From assembly GCA_963815115.1 (NCBI GenBank), contig CAWFFN010000012.1, positions 672,001-736,000 of the forward strand: 64,000 nucleotides of DNA, given 5' to 3'. How positions within the stretch are numbered: the first letter of the stretch is position 1; each line of letters opens with the position of its first letter. The translations under genes and the position numbers were made by a program. The notes below the pieces were generated by a model that was not told where the DNA came from, made no database searches, and worked only from the letters and a program-made list of their open reading frames with translations. Positions 20,864 through 30,143 of this stretch are shown here, in pieces. The stretch is from an uncultured delta proteobacterium (GTDB taxonomy: Bacteria; Desulfobacterota; Binatia; DP-6).

Positions 20864-21745
20864 TTACCGCGACCCTGCAACGCGCGCGCGGGAAAGCGCG
20901 GCGCCGACGGCGGCGTGGTAGCGCGCCTGCAGCGCCTGCGTGATCGGTCCCGGGCGTCCCGTTCCGACGCGACGGCCGTCGAGGCGCACGACGGGCATGA
21001 TCTCCACGGTGGAGGCGGTGAGGAAGACCTCGCCGGCGCGCCCCAGCCGCGACGCGGCCACCCGCTCCTCGCGCACCTCGAGGCCCGTGCGCCGCGCGAG
21101 CCGCATCACGAGGTCGCGCGTCACTCCGACGAGCAGATTGCCAGCCGCCGCCGGCGTGATCAGCCGGCCGCGCTCGACGAGGAACAGGTTGGCGGTCGTC
21201 GCCTCCGTCACCTCTCCCTCGGCCGTGACGTAGAGCCCTTCCTGCGCTCCGCGGCGCCGTGCCAGCAGGCGGCCGACGACGGCGCTCGCATGGCCCACGA
21301 GTTTGAGACCGCCCCAGGGTGCGGCCGCGTCGCGGGGAAAGGGCAGCAGCACCACGCCGATGCCTCGCGCCTGCTGCTCGGCCAGCGTCGGGGAGAGCGG
21401 GCGGATCGTGAGCAGCCGGGTAGGAGGCGCCGTTCGCTCGGGCACGAGGAACTCGCCCGCGGCGCCACGCGTGAGGGTGAGGCGCACGGCGGCGTCACGC
21501 AGGCCGTTGCGGGCGGCGAGCTGGCGTGCCCGGCGCTCCCAGACGGCCGCCGGGCCGGGAGGCGGAAGCCGCAGCACGCGCGCAGCGGCGGCGAGCCGGC
21601 GGACGTGCGCCGCGACCGCGAACGGCACGCCGTCGTAGGTGCGCCAGGTGTCGTAGAGCCCGTCGCCGTGCAGCAGGCCACGGTCGAGCGCCGGCACGCG
21701 CGCGTCCTCGGCGCGCAGCCAGCGCCCGTTCAGCCAGACGAGCAC
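20864..21745 (-). CDS. pabC: Class IV aminotransferase / aminodeoxychorismate lyase-like
   Basis: DRGLLHGDGLYDT, GGLK, EATTANLF, LVGVTR, EVFLTAS; overlaps the pabB-like gene. Confidence 0.75.
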   Translation of the reverse strand: MLVWLNGRWLRAEDARVPALDRGLLHGDGLYDTWRTYDGVPFAVAAHVRRLAAAARVLRLPPPGPAAVWERRARQLAARNGLRDAAVRLTLTRGAAGEFLVPERTAPPTRLLTIRPLSPTLAEQQARGIGVVLLPFPRDAAAPWGGLKLVGHASAVVGRLLARRRGAQEGLYVTAEGEVTEATTANLFLVERGRLITPAAAGNLLVGVTRDLVMRLARRTGLEVREERVAASRLGRAGEVFLTASTVEIMPVVRLDGRRVGTGRPGPITQALQARYHAAVGAALSRARVAGSR

Positions 21746-23058
21746 CGCTCGAGCTCTGGCCGCAATCGTTCCCCGAGAGCGAGCCGGATCGCCGCCGTCT
21801 TGAGCCACGCCTCGGCCAGCTCGCGCTCGGGGTCGGAGTCGGCGACGATCCCCCCGCCCGCGTGCCATCGCGCCTGCTCGCCGCTGACGACCGCGGTGCG
21901 GATCGGCAGGCCGAGCTCCAGATCGCCGGCGGGGTGCACGAGCCCGAGCGCGCCGGTGTAGACCCCGCGCGGGGACGCTTCGAGCTCGGCGATGATCTCC
22001 ATGGCGCGCACCTTCGGGGCACCGGTGATGGAGCCGCCCGGGAAGACGGCGCCGAGGAGCGTGCCGAGATCGGCGCCGTCGCGCAGCGTCCCCGAGACCT
22101 CGGAGACGAGATGGTGCACCGTCGGGTGGGTCTCGAGCCGGGCGAAGCCGTCGACGACCACGCTGCCGGGAACACAGACCCGCCCCAGATCGTTGCGCTC
22201 GAGGTCGACGATCATCACGTGCTCGGCCCGCTCCTTCGGATCGCCGTGCAGCTCGGCGGCGAGCGCGGCGTCGCGTGCGCCGTCCTCGCCGCGCGGGCGT
22301 GTTCCCTTGATCGGGCGGGTGGTGACGCGGGAGCCGCGGCGGCGCAGCAGCAGCTCGGGCGAGTTGGCGACGACGACGGCGTCGCCCAGGTCGAGATAGG
22401 CCGAGTAGGGCACCGGATGGACGCGGGCCAGCCGGGTGAAGAGGGCCCACGGCGGTCCGGCCAGGGCGGCCGTGAAGGGCTGCGTCAGGTTCACCTGGTA
22501 GCAGTCGCCCGCGGCGAGGTAGGCGAGGATGCGAGCGACGGCCTCGCGGTAGCGCGCCGCGGACATGGCGGCGGCCAGCGGCGTCGCGCCGAGCGCGCGC
22601 TCGAAGTGCGGCGGCGCTTCCGAGACGCGCTCGAGCCACCGCGCCCGCGTGGCGGCGGGCCCGAGCGCCAGGACCGCGTACTGCGCCCGCCGGCGATCGT
22701 AGACGAGCAGCGGATCGTAGCGGCGCGCGACGGCGAGCATCCCGGCGCCGGCGTGCGGGATGCGCCGGGGCGCCACCTCCACGCCGAGCTCGTAGGTGAG
22801 GCACGCCACGACGCCGCCGCCGAGCGGGAACGGGAGCGCGGGGTCGGCGACGGCGGTCTCGGCGACGAAGCGCGCGAGGGTCGCGAGCGGCTCGCGGTCG
22901 CCGGCGCTCAACCTGAGCTCCGCGACCGGCCGGCACCCGATCAGCGTGACGGGATGGACCGGATCCGGCACCTCGAGCAGGACCGCGCCGGGCTCGCCCG
23001 CGAGACAGGCGAGCACGTCGAGGGGATCCCGCCGGAGCGCGAGGGGAACGAGCGGCAT
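21730..23058 (-). CDS. pabB: Aminodeoxychorismate synthase component I (PabB/TrpE family)
   Basis: GDCYQVNL, SPELLL, RPIKGTRPRG (PabB-type PIKGT), MIVDLERNDL, FPGGSITGAPK. Confidence 0.85.
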   Translation of the reverse strand: MPLVPLALRRDPLDVLACLAGEPGAVLLEVPDPVHPVTLIGCRPVAELRLSAGDREPLATLARFVAETAVADPALPFPLGGGVVACLTYELGVEVAPRRIPHAGAGMLAVARRYDPLLVYDRRRAQYAVLALGPAATRARWLERVSEAPPHFERALGATPLAAAMSAARYREAVARILAYLAAGDCYQVNLTQPFTAALAGPPWALFTRLARVHPVPYSAYLDLGDAVVVANSPELLLRRRGSRVTTRPIKGTRPRGEDGARDAALAAELHGDPKERAEHVMIVDLERNDLGRVCVPGSVVVDGFARLETHPTVHHLVSEVSGTLRDGADLGTLLGAVFPGGSITGAPKVRAMEIIAELEASPRGVYTGALGLVHPAGDLELGLPIRTAVVSGEQARWHAGGGIVADSDPERELAEAWLKTAAIRLALGERLRPELERCSSG

Positions 23059-23173
23059 CGGCCCACGTCTAGGGACCGGTGCGACGATGGTCAAGGCAGA
23101 GGCGCGCACGAACCGTTGCGCGCCGCGTCCGTGTCCCGTACCGTGCGAACGCTGCACGCAGGAGGAGGCCGGC

Positions 23174-23446
23174 ATGGCGACGACGGTGAAGAACAAGACG
23201 CAGAAGCCCCTGAGCGTTCCGTTGCCGCGTGGAAAGGTGCTGCATCTGGGTCCGCTCAAGACGGGGGAGATCGCGTCCGACGACGCCGAGCATGCGGGCG
23301 TGAAGGCGCTCATCGAGAGCGGCGCCATCGAGATCCTCGGCCAGGGCTCCGGGCACGCGGTGGGGGCCCACGGCGCGAGCAGGGGACGGCCGGGGGCGCC
23401 GGGACACCCCTCGTCGGCGGGCGGACGGCGTAGCGGCGACCGCTAG
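23174..23446 (+). CDS. Small hypothetical protein (90 aa)
   Basis: Strong GGAGGAGG RBS; protein-like N-terminus MATTVKNKTQKPLSVPLPRGKVLHLGP. Confidence 0.65.
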   Translation: MATTVKNKTQKPLSVPLPRGKVLHLGPLKTGEIASDDAEHAGVKALIESGAIEILGQGSGHAVGAHGASRGRPGAPGHPSSAGGRRSGDR

Positions 23447-23449
23447 CGT

Positions 23450-24115
23450 CTACTGCCGGCAGACGCGGAAGTTCGCGTAGTCGCCTTCCGCGCTGGACCG
23501 CGTGTCGTCGCTGTCGGTGAGCACCGCGATGCCCGCCGGCTTGGGCGTCTGGCTTTCGCCGAACAGCCGCTTGTAGTCGGCGAGCGCGTCCACCCGCTCG
23601 TCGACCCACTGGCCCTTCTTGTCGGTGCCGGTGCGCAGCACCACGACCTGGGTGAGCCCGCCGTTCGACGACAGCGGCGTTCCGGCGGGAACGCGCTCGC
23701 TCCAGATGTACTTGACGGCCTTGGGGCCCCGGATGCGCGAGTAGGGAACGAGCAGGTACACCGCGAGCGCGCTGTCGTTGGCGGAGGACTGGCGTTCGTC
23801 CGCGCCGCTGGGAAACACCACGGGTCGCCAGGACCACGCCAGGATGGGGTAGGCGTCGAGATCCCACTCGTGTTGCAGGGCGGCCTGGATGCCGAGGCCC
23901 CTGGCTGCCGCGTGGAGCACGCGTTTTCCGTCCTGCTCCTGGACCGAATAGACCGCCTTGCCGGCGTCCTTCCGCATCTGCCACCCGGCGGGAAAGGCGC
24001 CCACCGGATCCTTCGTCAGGTCGGCGAGCGGCACGCAGTCGTCCCCGTGTGCTCCCGGCCCGGCGCCGGTCACCAGCGCCGCCAGCACCAGTCCTGCCAC
24101 TGCCTCGACACGCAT
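23450..24115 (-). CDS. Exported DUF3047 family protein
   Basis: Signal peptide; YPILAWSWR, VKYIWS, WVDERVDALADYKRLFG, IAVLTDSDDT. Confidence 0.75.
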   Translation of the reverse strand: MRVEAVAGLVLAALVTGAGPGAHGDDCVPLADLTKDPVGAFPAGWQMRKDAGKAVYSVQEQDGKRVLHAAARGLGIQAALQHEWDLDAYPILAWSWRPVVFPSGADERQSSANDSALAVYLLVPYSRIRGPKAVKYIWSERVPAGTPLSSNGGLTQVVVLRTGTDKKGQWVDERVDALADYKRLFGESQTPKPAGIAVLTDSDDTRSSAEGDYANFRVCRQ

Positions 24116-24212
24116 GGATCGCTTCTGCCGCGTCCCGGCGGGCCGCGCCAGCCCCACCGCGCCCTGGGACCGCGCGGCGGCCGCGGCCTCCGTGCTATAC
24201 CTGCGCGCGGAC

Positions 24213-25322
24213 ATGCCGCCTCGCACCAGCCGCGCCGTCGTCCAGACCGCTCCGCGCACGCTCGAGCTGCGCGACCTGCCGCTTCCGGAGCTCACCGACG
24301 ACACCGCGCTGCTCCGGGTCGAGGCCTGCGGCATCTGCGGCAGCGACGCCGAGCAATACACCGGCACCCTGCCGATGCGTTTCCCGCTCGTTCCCGGCCA
24401 TGAGCCGCTCGGCATCATCGAGGCCATCGGCGATCGTGCAGCCAGGCGCTGGGGCGTCGGCGTCGGCGATCGCGTCGCGGTCGAGGCGCTGATTCCCTGC
24501 GGCCACTGCGCCGCCTGCCGTGGCGGGCGCTACTCGGTGTGCCGCGGGCGCGGCACGATGTTCGGGCACGGCTACGTCCCGCTGGATCGTCCGCCCGGCC
24601 TCTGGGGCGCCTATGCCGACTACATGCACCTGGACGCGTTCTCGATCGTCCACCGCGTGCGCGCCGATCTGCCGCCGAGCATCGCCGTCCTCTTCAATCC
24701 GCTGGGCGCCGGCTTCCGCTGGGCCGTCGAGCTGCCGCGCACGGGACCCGGCGACACGGTGCTCATCCTCGGTCCTGGGCAGCGCGGCCTGGCGAGCGTC
24801 ATCGCCGCGCGCGCGGCAGGGGCGGACACGATCATCGTGACCGGACTCTCCCGCGATGCCGGCAAGCTGGCGCTGGCGCGCGAGCTCGGCGCGGACCACG
24901 TGATCGACGTGGAGCGGGAAGACGCGCGCCGGCGCGTGCGCGAGCTGACCGGCGGGCGTGGCGCCGACGTCGTGGTCGAGGTTGCCGCGGTCACGACCGA
25001 GCCGGTCGCCGAGGCCCTGCACTACGCCGCCACCAGCGCCCGCGTCGTCCTCGCCGGCGTGAAGGGCTTCAAGGCGGTCCCCGACTTCGTCAGCGACCTC
25101 GTGGTGGTGAAGGAGCTGACCCTCATCGGCGCCTTCGGCGTGACCGATCGCGGATACGAGGCAGCGATCCGTCTGATCGAGTCGGGGCGGGTGCCGCTCG
25201 AGCGCATGCACACGCACGACTTCGCGCTCGAGGAGGCGGACCGGGCGATTCGCATCCTGGCGGGCGAGGTGCCCGGCGAGCAGAGCATCCACTCGTGTCT
25301 GCTGCCGGGGAAGACGGCCTGA
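24213..25322 (+). CDS. Zinc-binding (MDR) dehydrogenase
   Basis: CGICGSD, GHE, CGHCAAC..C structural Zn motif, GPGQRG. Confidence 0.92.
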   Translation: MPPRTSRAVVQTAPRTLELRDLPLPELTDDTALLRVEACGICGSDAEQYTGTLPMRFPLVPGHEPLGIIEAIGDRAARRWGVGVGDRVAVEALIPCGHCAACRGGRYSVCRGRGTMFGHGYVPLDRPPGLWGAYADYMHLDAFSIVHRVRADLPPSIAVLFNPLGAGFRWAVELPRTGPGDTVLILGPGQRGLASVIAARAAGADTIIVTGLSRDAGKLALARELGADHVIDVEREDARRRVRELTGGRGADVVVEVAAVTTEPVAEALHYAATSARVVLAGVKGFKAVPDFVSDLVVVKELTLIGAFGVTDRGYEAAIRLIESGRVPLERMHTHDFALEEADRAIRILAGEVPGEQSIHSCLLPGKTA

Positions 25323-25394
25323 CGCGGCGCCCGGGGACGTCCGTTGACTCGTCCACCGGCGCCCCGCAGGGTGGGCCGCTCGAAGGGAGGAGCC

Positions 25395-25976
25395 ATGGCT
25401 CGTCGCTTGCTCGTCGTCATCCTCGTCGCGTCCGCCGCCCCCGGGCTCGCTGCCACCTGGCAGATCGATCCCGCGCACACCAGCGTCCAGTTCTCGGTGC
25501 GTCACATGATGCTCAGCAACGTGCACGGCGAGTTCTCGAAGGTCTCCGGCACCGTGGAGGGCGACGAGAAGACACCGGAGCAGGCCGTGATCGCGGCCAG
25601 CATCGATCCCGCCAGCATCGACACGCGTGAGGCGAAGCGTGACGAGCATTTGAAGAGCGCCGACTTCCTCGACGTGGCGAAGTATCCCACCATGACCTTC
25701 AAGTCGAAGAAGATCGAGGCGGCGGGAGCCGGGCAGTTCAAGGTGACCGGCGATCTCACGCTCCACGGCGTCACCAAGGAGGTGGTGCTCGACGTCTCGG
25801 ACGTCACCCCGCCGATCAAGGATCCCATGGGGAAGACCCGAGCCGGTGCGCACGCCAGCACCAAGATCGATCGCAAGGACTTCGGCATCAACTGGAGCAA
25901 GGCGATGGACGGCGGCGGGCTGGTGGTGGGCGACGAGATCGGGATCAGCGTCGACGTCGAGGCGACGACCCAGTGA
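25395..25976 (+). CDS. YceI family exported polyisoprenoid-binding protein
   Basis: Signal peptide; WQIDPAHTSVQF, RDEHLKSADFLD, GDLTLHGVTK. Confidence 0.92.
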   Translation: MARRLLVVILVASAAPGLAATWQIDPAHTSVQFSVRHMMLSNVHGEFSKVSGTVEGDEKTPEQAVIAASIDPASIDTREAKRDEHLKSADFLDVAKYPTMTFKSKKIEAAGAGQFKVTGDLTLHGVTKEVVLDVSDVTPPIKDPMGKTRAGAHASTKIDRKDFGINWSKAMDGGGLVVGDEIGISVDVEATTQ

Positions 25977-27493
25977 GCGAGGACCGCGTGAGCGACGACC
26001 GTACCCCGATCCTGATCGGGGCCGGCCAGCTCACGCAGCGCGACGTCGAGCCGGCCGAGGCGCTGGAGCCCGTCGCGATGATGGAGGCGGTCGCCAGGAG
26101 CGCCGCGGACGATGCCGGGGTGGGCGCGACGACCCTCGCCCGGCTCGATGCCCTGGCGGTGGTGAACGTCTTCTGCTGGCCGTACGCCAATGCGCCCCGA
26201 TTGCTCGCCGAGCGGTTGGGCGCCCGGCCCGCGGCAGCGGTCACGACCACGGTCGGGGGCAACACGCCCCAGTGGCTGGTGAACGAGACCGCGGCCCGGA
26301 TCGCCGCCGGTCAGGTGTCGCTCGCGCTGCTCGTCGGCGCCGAGGCCGTTCGCACGGTCGTGCGGGCGCGACGCACCCGTACCACGCTGGCGTGGACCAG
26401 CGGCGGCGAGGGCACCCCGGTCGTGGTGGGCGAAGCCCGCGACGGAACCAGCGAGCACGAGGTCGCGCACGGCCTCGTCCTGCCGACGCAGATCTACCCC
26501 ATGTTCGAGAACGCGTTGCGGGCGAAGCACGGCCGGGCGCTCGACGAGCACCAGCGCGTGCTCGGCAACCTGTGCAGCGGCCTGTCGGCGGTGGCGGCGG
26601 CGAATCCCCACGCCTGGTTCCGCCAGGCCCGCACCGCCGGCGAGATCGCCACCGTGTCGCCCTCGAACCGCATGATCGGCTTCCCCTATCCCAAGCTGAT
26701 GAACGCGATCATCGAGGTCGACCAGGCGGCCGGGGTCCTGATGACGTCGGTCGCGACGGCGCGCGCGCTGGGCGTGCCGCGCGATCGCTGGGTCTACCTG
26801 TGGGGCACCGGGCAGGCGCACGATCGCTGGTTCGTTTCCGAGCGCGTCGACTACACCAGCTCGCCGGCGATTCGCGAGGCGGGACGCCAGGCGCTCGACG
26901 CGGCGGGCATCGGCATCGATCGCGTCGAGCACCTGGATCTCTACAGCTGCTTCCCGTCGGCGGTACAGATCGGTCGCGAGATGCTCGGCATCGCGCCGGA
27001 CGATCCGCGTCCGCTCACGCTCACCGGCGGCCTGCCGTACTTCGGGGGTCCGGGCAACAACTACTCGATGCACGCCATCGCCGAGGTGATGGCGCGAACA
27101 CGCGCGCGGCCGGGGTCCATCGGACTCGTGACGGCGCTCGGCTGGTATCTCACCAAGCACGCGATCGGCGTCTATGCCGCCGTGCCGAAGGACGGCGCTT
27201 TCGTGCGCGACGATCCGGCGCCGCGCCAGGCCGTGCTCGACGCGCAGCGCGCGCCGGGGCTGGCGACCGAGCCGTCGGGGGCGGCCACGATCGAGACCTA
27301 TACCGTGCTGCACGATCGGGACGGCGCACCGGTGCGGGGGCTGGTGATCGGACGGCTCGACGACGGCCGGCGCTTCCTCGCCGCGACGCCGGAGGATCGC
27401 GCGCTGCTGGAGGCCCTGGTGGCGCGCGAGGCCGTGGGCCTGCGCGGCCGGGTGGCCGCGGCGGAGGGCGCCAACCGCTTCGAGCCGCTCTGA
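25973..27493 (+). CDS. Thiolase-like protein (acetyl-CoA acetyltransferase family, TLP1-like)
   Basis: GGNTPQ, YPMFENA, DLYSCFP, TGGLPYFGGPGNNY, C-terminal IETYTV domain. Confidence 0.85.
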   Translation: MSEDRVSDDRTPILIGAGQLTQRDVEPAEALEPVAMMEAVARSAADDAGVGATTLARLDALAVVNVFCWPYANAPRLLAERLGARPAAAVTTTVGGNTPQWLVNETAARIAAGQVSLALLVGAEAVRTVVRARRTRTTLAWTSGGEGTPVVVGEARDGTSEHEVAHGLVLPTQIYPMFENALRAKHGRALDEHQRVLGNLCSGLSAVAAANPHAWFRQARTAGEIATVSPSNRMIGFPYPKLMNAIIEVDQAAGVLMTSVATARALGVPRDRWVYLWGTGQAHDRWFVSERVDYTSSPAIREAGRQALDAAGIGIDRVEHLDLYSCFPSAVQIGREMLGIAPDDPRPLTLTGGLPYFGGPGNNYSMHAIAEVMARTRARPGSIGLVTALGWYLTKHAIGVYAAVPKDGAFVRDDPAPRQAVLDAQRAPGLATEPSGAATIETYTVLHDRDGAPVRGLVIGRLDDGRRFLAATPEDRALLEALVAREAVGLRGRVAAAEGANRFEPL

Positions 27494-27567
27494 GCGGCGC
27501 GAAATCGCCCGCCAAAGGGGTCAGCCTCCCTTGCGTCCGGGCAGGGCAGCGTCTAGCGTGCCGTGCC

Positions 27568-28464
27568 GTGAACGCCTCCGTGAGCCTCATCGGGCGCGTG
27601 CTCCCCGCGACGGTGCACGTGCGCTCGCAGGTTCCCTCGGAGCATCCCTCGGCGCGGCTGCTCGGCACCGAGCGCATGGGATCCGGCACCATCATCGACC
27701 AGGCCGGCCTCATCCTCACGGTGAACTACGTCGTGCTCGGCGCCTCCGAGGTACGCGTCACGCTGCTCGACGGGCGCGAGTACGTGGCGGAGGTGGTGCG
27801 ACACGACTTCGGCTCCGGGCTCGGGCTGCTGCGCATTGCCGAGGGGCGCCTGCCGTTTCTGCCGCTGCGGCGCTCGTCCGAGCTGCGTCTCGGCGACGAG
27901 GTCTTCCTCGTCGCGAGCGTCGGCGAGGGCGAGGCCCGGATCTCCAACGGCGGCGTGAGCCACCTCGGTCCGTTCGACGCCAACTGGGAGTACGTCCTCG
28001 ATCGCGCCATCATGACGACGGCGATGAACCCTGGTCTCGGCGGCGGCCCGCTCCTCGACCTGCAGGCGCGCGTGATCGGCGTCGTCTCGCTCAATCTGAA
28101 CGAGATCGGCCGCTTCTCCCTCGCCATCCCGGCGGAGTACTACCTCGACGCGCGGGCGGAGTTCCTGGCCGGCGGCGCGCGCGGGATGGGAGCGCGGGCG
28201 TGGCTCGGCGTCTTCTGCTACGCGATGAACCACCACGTGGTCATCGCGGGCGTGCTGCCCGGCGGTCCGGGCGAGGCGGCCGGGCTCAAGGCGGGCGACG
28301 TCGTGCTGGCCCTCGACGGCCGCGAGGTTCCGGACCGCGCCTCGCTGTACCGCTCGCTCTGGCGCCGCCGTCCCGGCGAGCCGGTCACGTTGAAGGTCTT
28401 CCGGGGCAGCGAGGCCCGCACGGTCACGGTCGCCTCCGGCGACGTCGTGGAGTTCTTCGCGTAG
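27568..28464 (+). CDS. HtrA/S1C-like trypsin fold plus PDZ, catalytic triad degenerate
   Basis: GSGTII, LTVNYV, NPGLGGGPL, WLGV...GGPGEAAGLKAGDVV (PDZ). Confidence 0.8.
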   Translation: MNASVSLIGRVLPATVHVRSQVPSEHPSARLLGTERMGSGTIIDQAGLILTVNYVVLGASEVRVTLLDGREYVAEVVRHDFGSGLGLLRIAEGRLPFLPLRRSSELRLGDEVFLVASVGEGEARISNGGVSHLGPFDANWEYVLDRAIMTTAMNPGLGGGPLLDLQARVIGVVSLNLNEIGRFSLAIPAEYYLDARAEFLAGGARGMGARAWLGVFCYAMNHHVVIAGVLPGGPGEAAGLKAGDVVLALDGREVPDRASLYRSLWRRRPGEPVTLKVFRGSEARTVTVASGDVVEFFA

Positions 28465-28475
28465 GGCCCGATCGT

Positions 28476-30143
28476 GTGAAGCCGACCATGGCGCTCGGCG
28501 ACTTCCTGGTCGCCTACCTGCGGAAGATCGGCGTCACGCATCTCTTCGGCATTCCCGGAGACCTCGTCCTCCGACTCTTCCTGCGCTTCGGAGCGCGCCG
28601 CGGGCTGCGCGTGGTGACGCTGTCGCACGAGCCCGGCGTCGGCTTCGCCGCCGACGGCTACGCCCGCGCCACGGGCCGCATCGGCGTCGTGTGCGTCACC
28701 TACGGTGCCGGCGGTCACAACATGGTGAATCCGGTCGCCGGGTCGTTCTCGGAGCGCGTGCCCCTGCTGGTGCTGAGCGGCGGACCGGGCGACGAGGAGC
28801 GCAAGCTCGGCACCCTCATCCATCACCAGGCGAAGGAGATCGAGTCGCAGCTGCGCATCTATCGCGAGCTCACCTGTGCGGCGCGGCTGCTCGACGACGA
28901 GCGCACCGCCGCCGAGACCGTGCACGAGGTGGTGCAGGCGATCTGGCGCGAGCAGCGTCCGGGCTATCTCGAGGTGCATCGCGACATGGTCGAGCGCCGC
29001 ATCCCGGTACCGCGCGAGCTGCTCGACTGGGACGGCGCGCTCCACTTCTCGCGCTCGGACGAGTCCAACGTCGCGGAAGCGGTGCGCGACACGGCGGCAC
29101 GGTTCAACGCGGCCCGCCGGCCACTGATGACCGTGGGCATCGAGGCCTACCGCTACAAGCTCAAGCGCGACGTCGAGCGCCTGGCCGAGCGCATGGGCGC
29201 TCCGGTCGCGACGACCGTGCTCTCGAAAGGCGCCTTCGCGGAGGACCATCCGCTCTTCCTCGGCGTGCACATCGGGGCCATCTCCCCGCCGGGCATCCTC
29301 CGTCGCGTCGACCGTGCCGACCTCGTGCTCAACCTGGGGGCGATGCGCACCGACATGGATCTGGGCTCGCGGCCGCCGCAGGTGACCCGCGATCGCACGA
29401 TCTGGGCCGTCGACGGGCGGGTTCACGTGAGCTTCCACACCTATACCGACGTCCACATTCGTGACTTCGTGCGCGGCCTGCTGCGCGCCCGACTGCGACG
29501 CCATCGCGAGCGCGTGCGCTATCACGACAACCTGCCGCGGGCGTCGAGCGCGCCGGGCGACCCGCTCGAGGTGACGGGGCTGCTGCAGGAGGTGAATCGC
29601 TTCCTGCGCGATCATCCGCGACACCTCGTCGTCACCGAGTCGGGCGACATGCTCTTCGCCGGGCTCGACGTGCGCGTCGGGCGCTCCGGCGGCTACCTGG
29701 CGCAGGGGTTCTACGCCTCGATGGGCTTCGGGGTCCCGGGCGCGCTCGGGGCGCAGCTCGGCGCCGGGGTGCGGCCGCTCGTCCTGGCGGGGGATGGGGC
29801 CTTCCAGATGACCGGCCAGGAGGTCGCGCAGGCCCCGCGCTACGGCCTCAACCCGATCGTCGTCGTCATCAACAACGGCGGCTGGCAGATCTTCCGTCCG
29901 GTGGTTCGCCGCACCGAGCTCCTCGACCTGCCGCCGTGGCCCTATGCCGAGCTGGCGCGCGCGTGGGGTGGCCGTGGCTTCCGGGTGGAGAGCGCGGGCG
30001 CGCTGCGCGCCGCGCTCGCCGAGGCGGCGCGCAGCCGCGACTTCGTGCTGATCGAAGCGTGCATCGCGCCGGACGATCTCTCTCCGGTGTCGCGCAAGTA
30101 CATCCAGGCGTCGGCCCGGCACGGCCGCTGGGTGCGCGCGTGA
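28476..30143 (+). CDS. TPP-dependent alpha-keto acid (indolepyruvate/phenylpyruvate-type) decarboxylase
   Basis: FGIPGD, HEPGVGFAADGYAR, LIHH, GDGAFQMTG...NNGG TPP motif. Confidence 0.88.
   Translation: MKPTMALGDFLVAYLRKIGVTHLFGIPGDLVLRLFLRFGARRGLRVVTLSHEPGVGFAADGYARATGRIGVVCVTYGAGGHNMVNPVAGSFSERVPLLVLSGGPGDEERKLGTLIHHQAKEIESQLRIYRELTCAARLLDDERTAAETVHEVVQAIWREQRPGYLEVHRDMVERRIPVPRELLDWDGALHFSRSDESNVAEAVRDTAARFNAARRPLMTVGIEAYRYKLKRDVERLAERMGAPVATTVLSKGAFAEDHPLFLGVHIGAISPPGILRRVDRADLVLNLGAMRTDMDLGSRPPQVTRDRTIWAVDGRVHVSFHTYTDVHIRDFVRGLLRARLRRHRERVRYHDNLPRASSAPGDPLEVTGLLQEVNRFLRDHPRHLVVTESGDMLFAGLDVRVGRSGGYLAQGFYASMGFGVPGALGAQLGAGVRPLVLAGDGAFQMTGQEVAQAPRYGLNPIVVVINNGGWQIFRPVVRRTELLDLPPWPYAELARAWGGRGFRVESAGALRAALAEAARSRDFVLIEACIAPDDLSPVSRKYIQASARHGRWVRA

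Noticed and set aside
20864-23058. pabB-pabC without pabA as a novel pathway
   Set aside because: The amidotransferase is commonly shared with trpG or encoded elsewhere
25973-27493. Thiolase lacking the canonical catalytic Cys motif
   Set aside because: GGxxPQ and GGPGNNY pattern fits the already described thiolase-like (TLP1-type) subfamily
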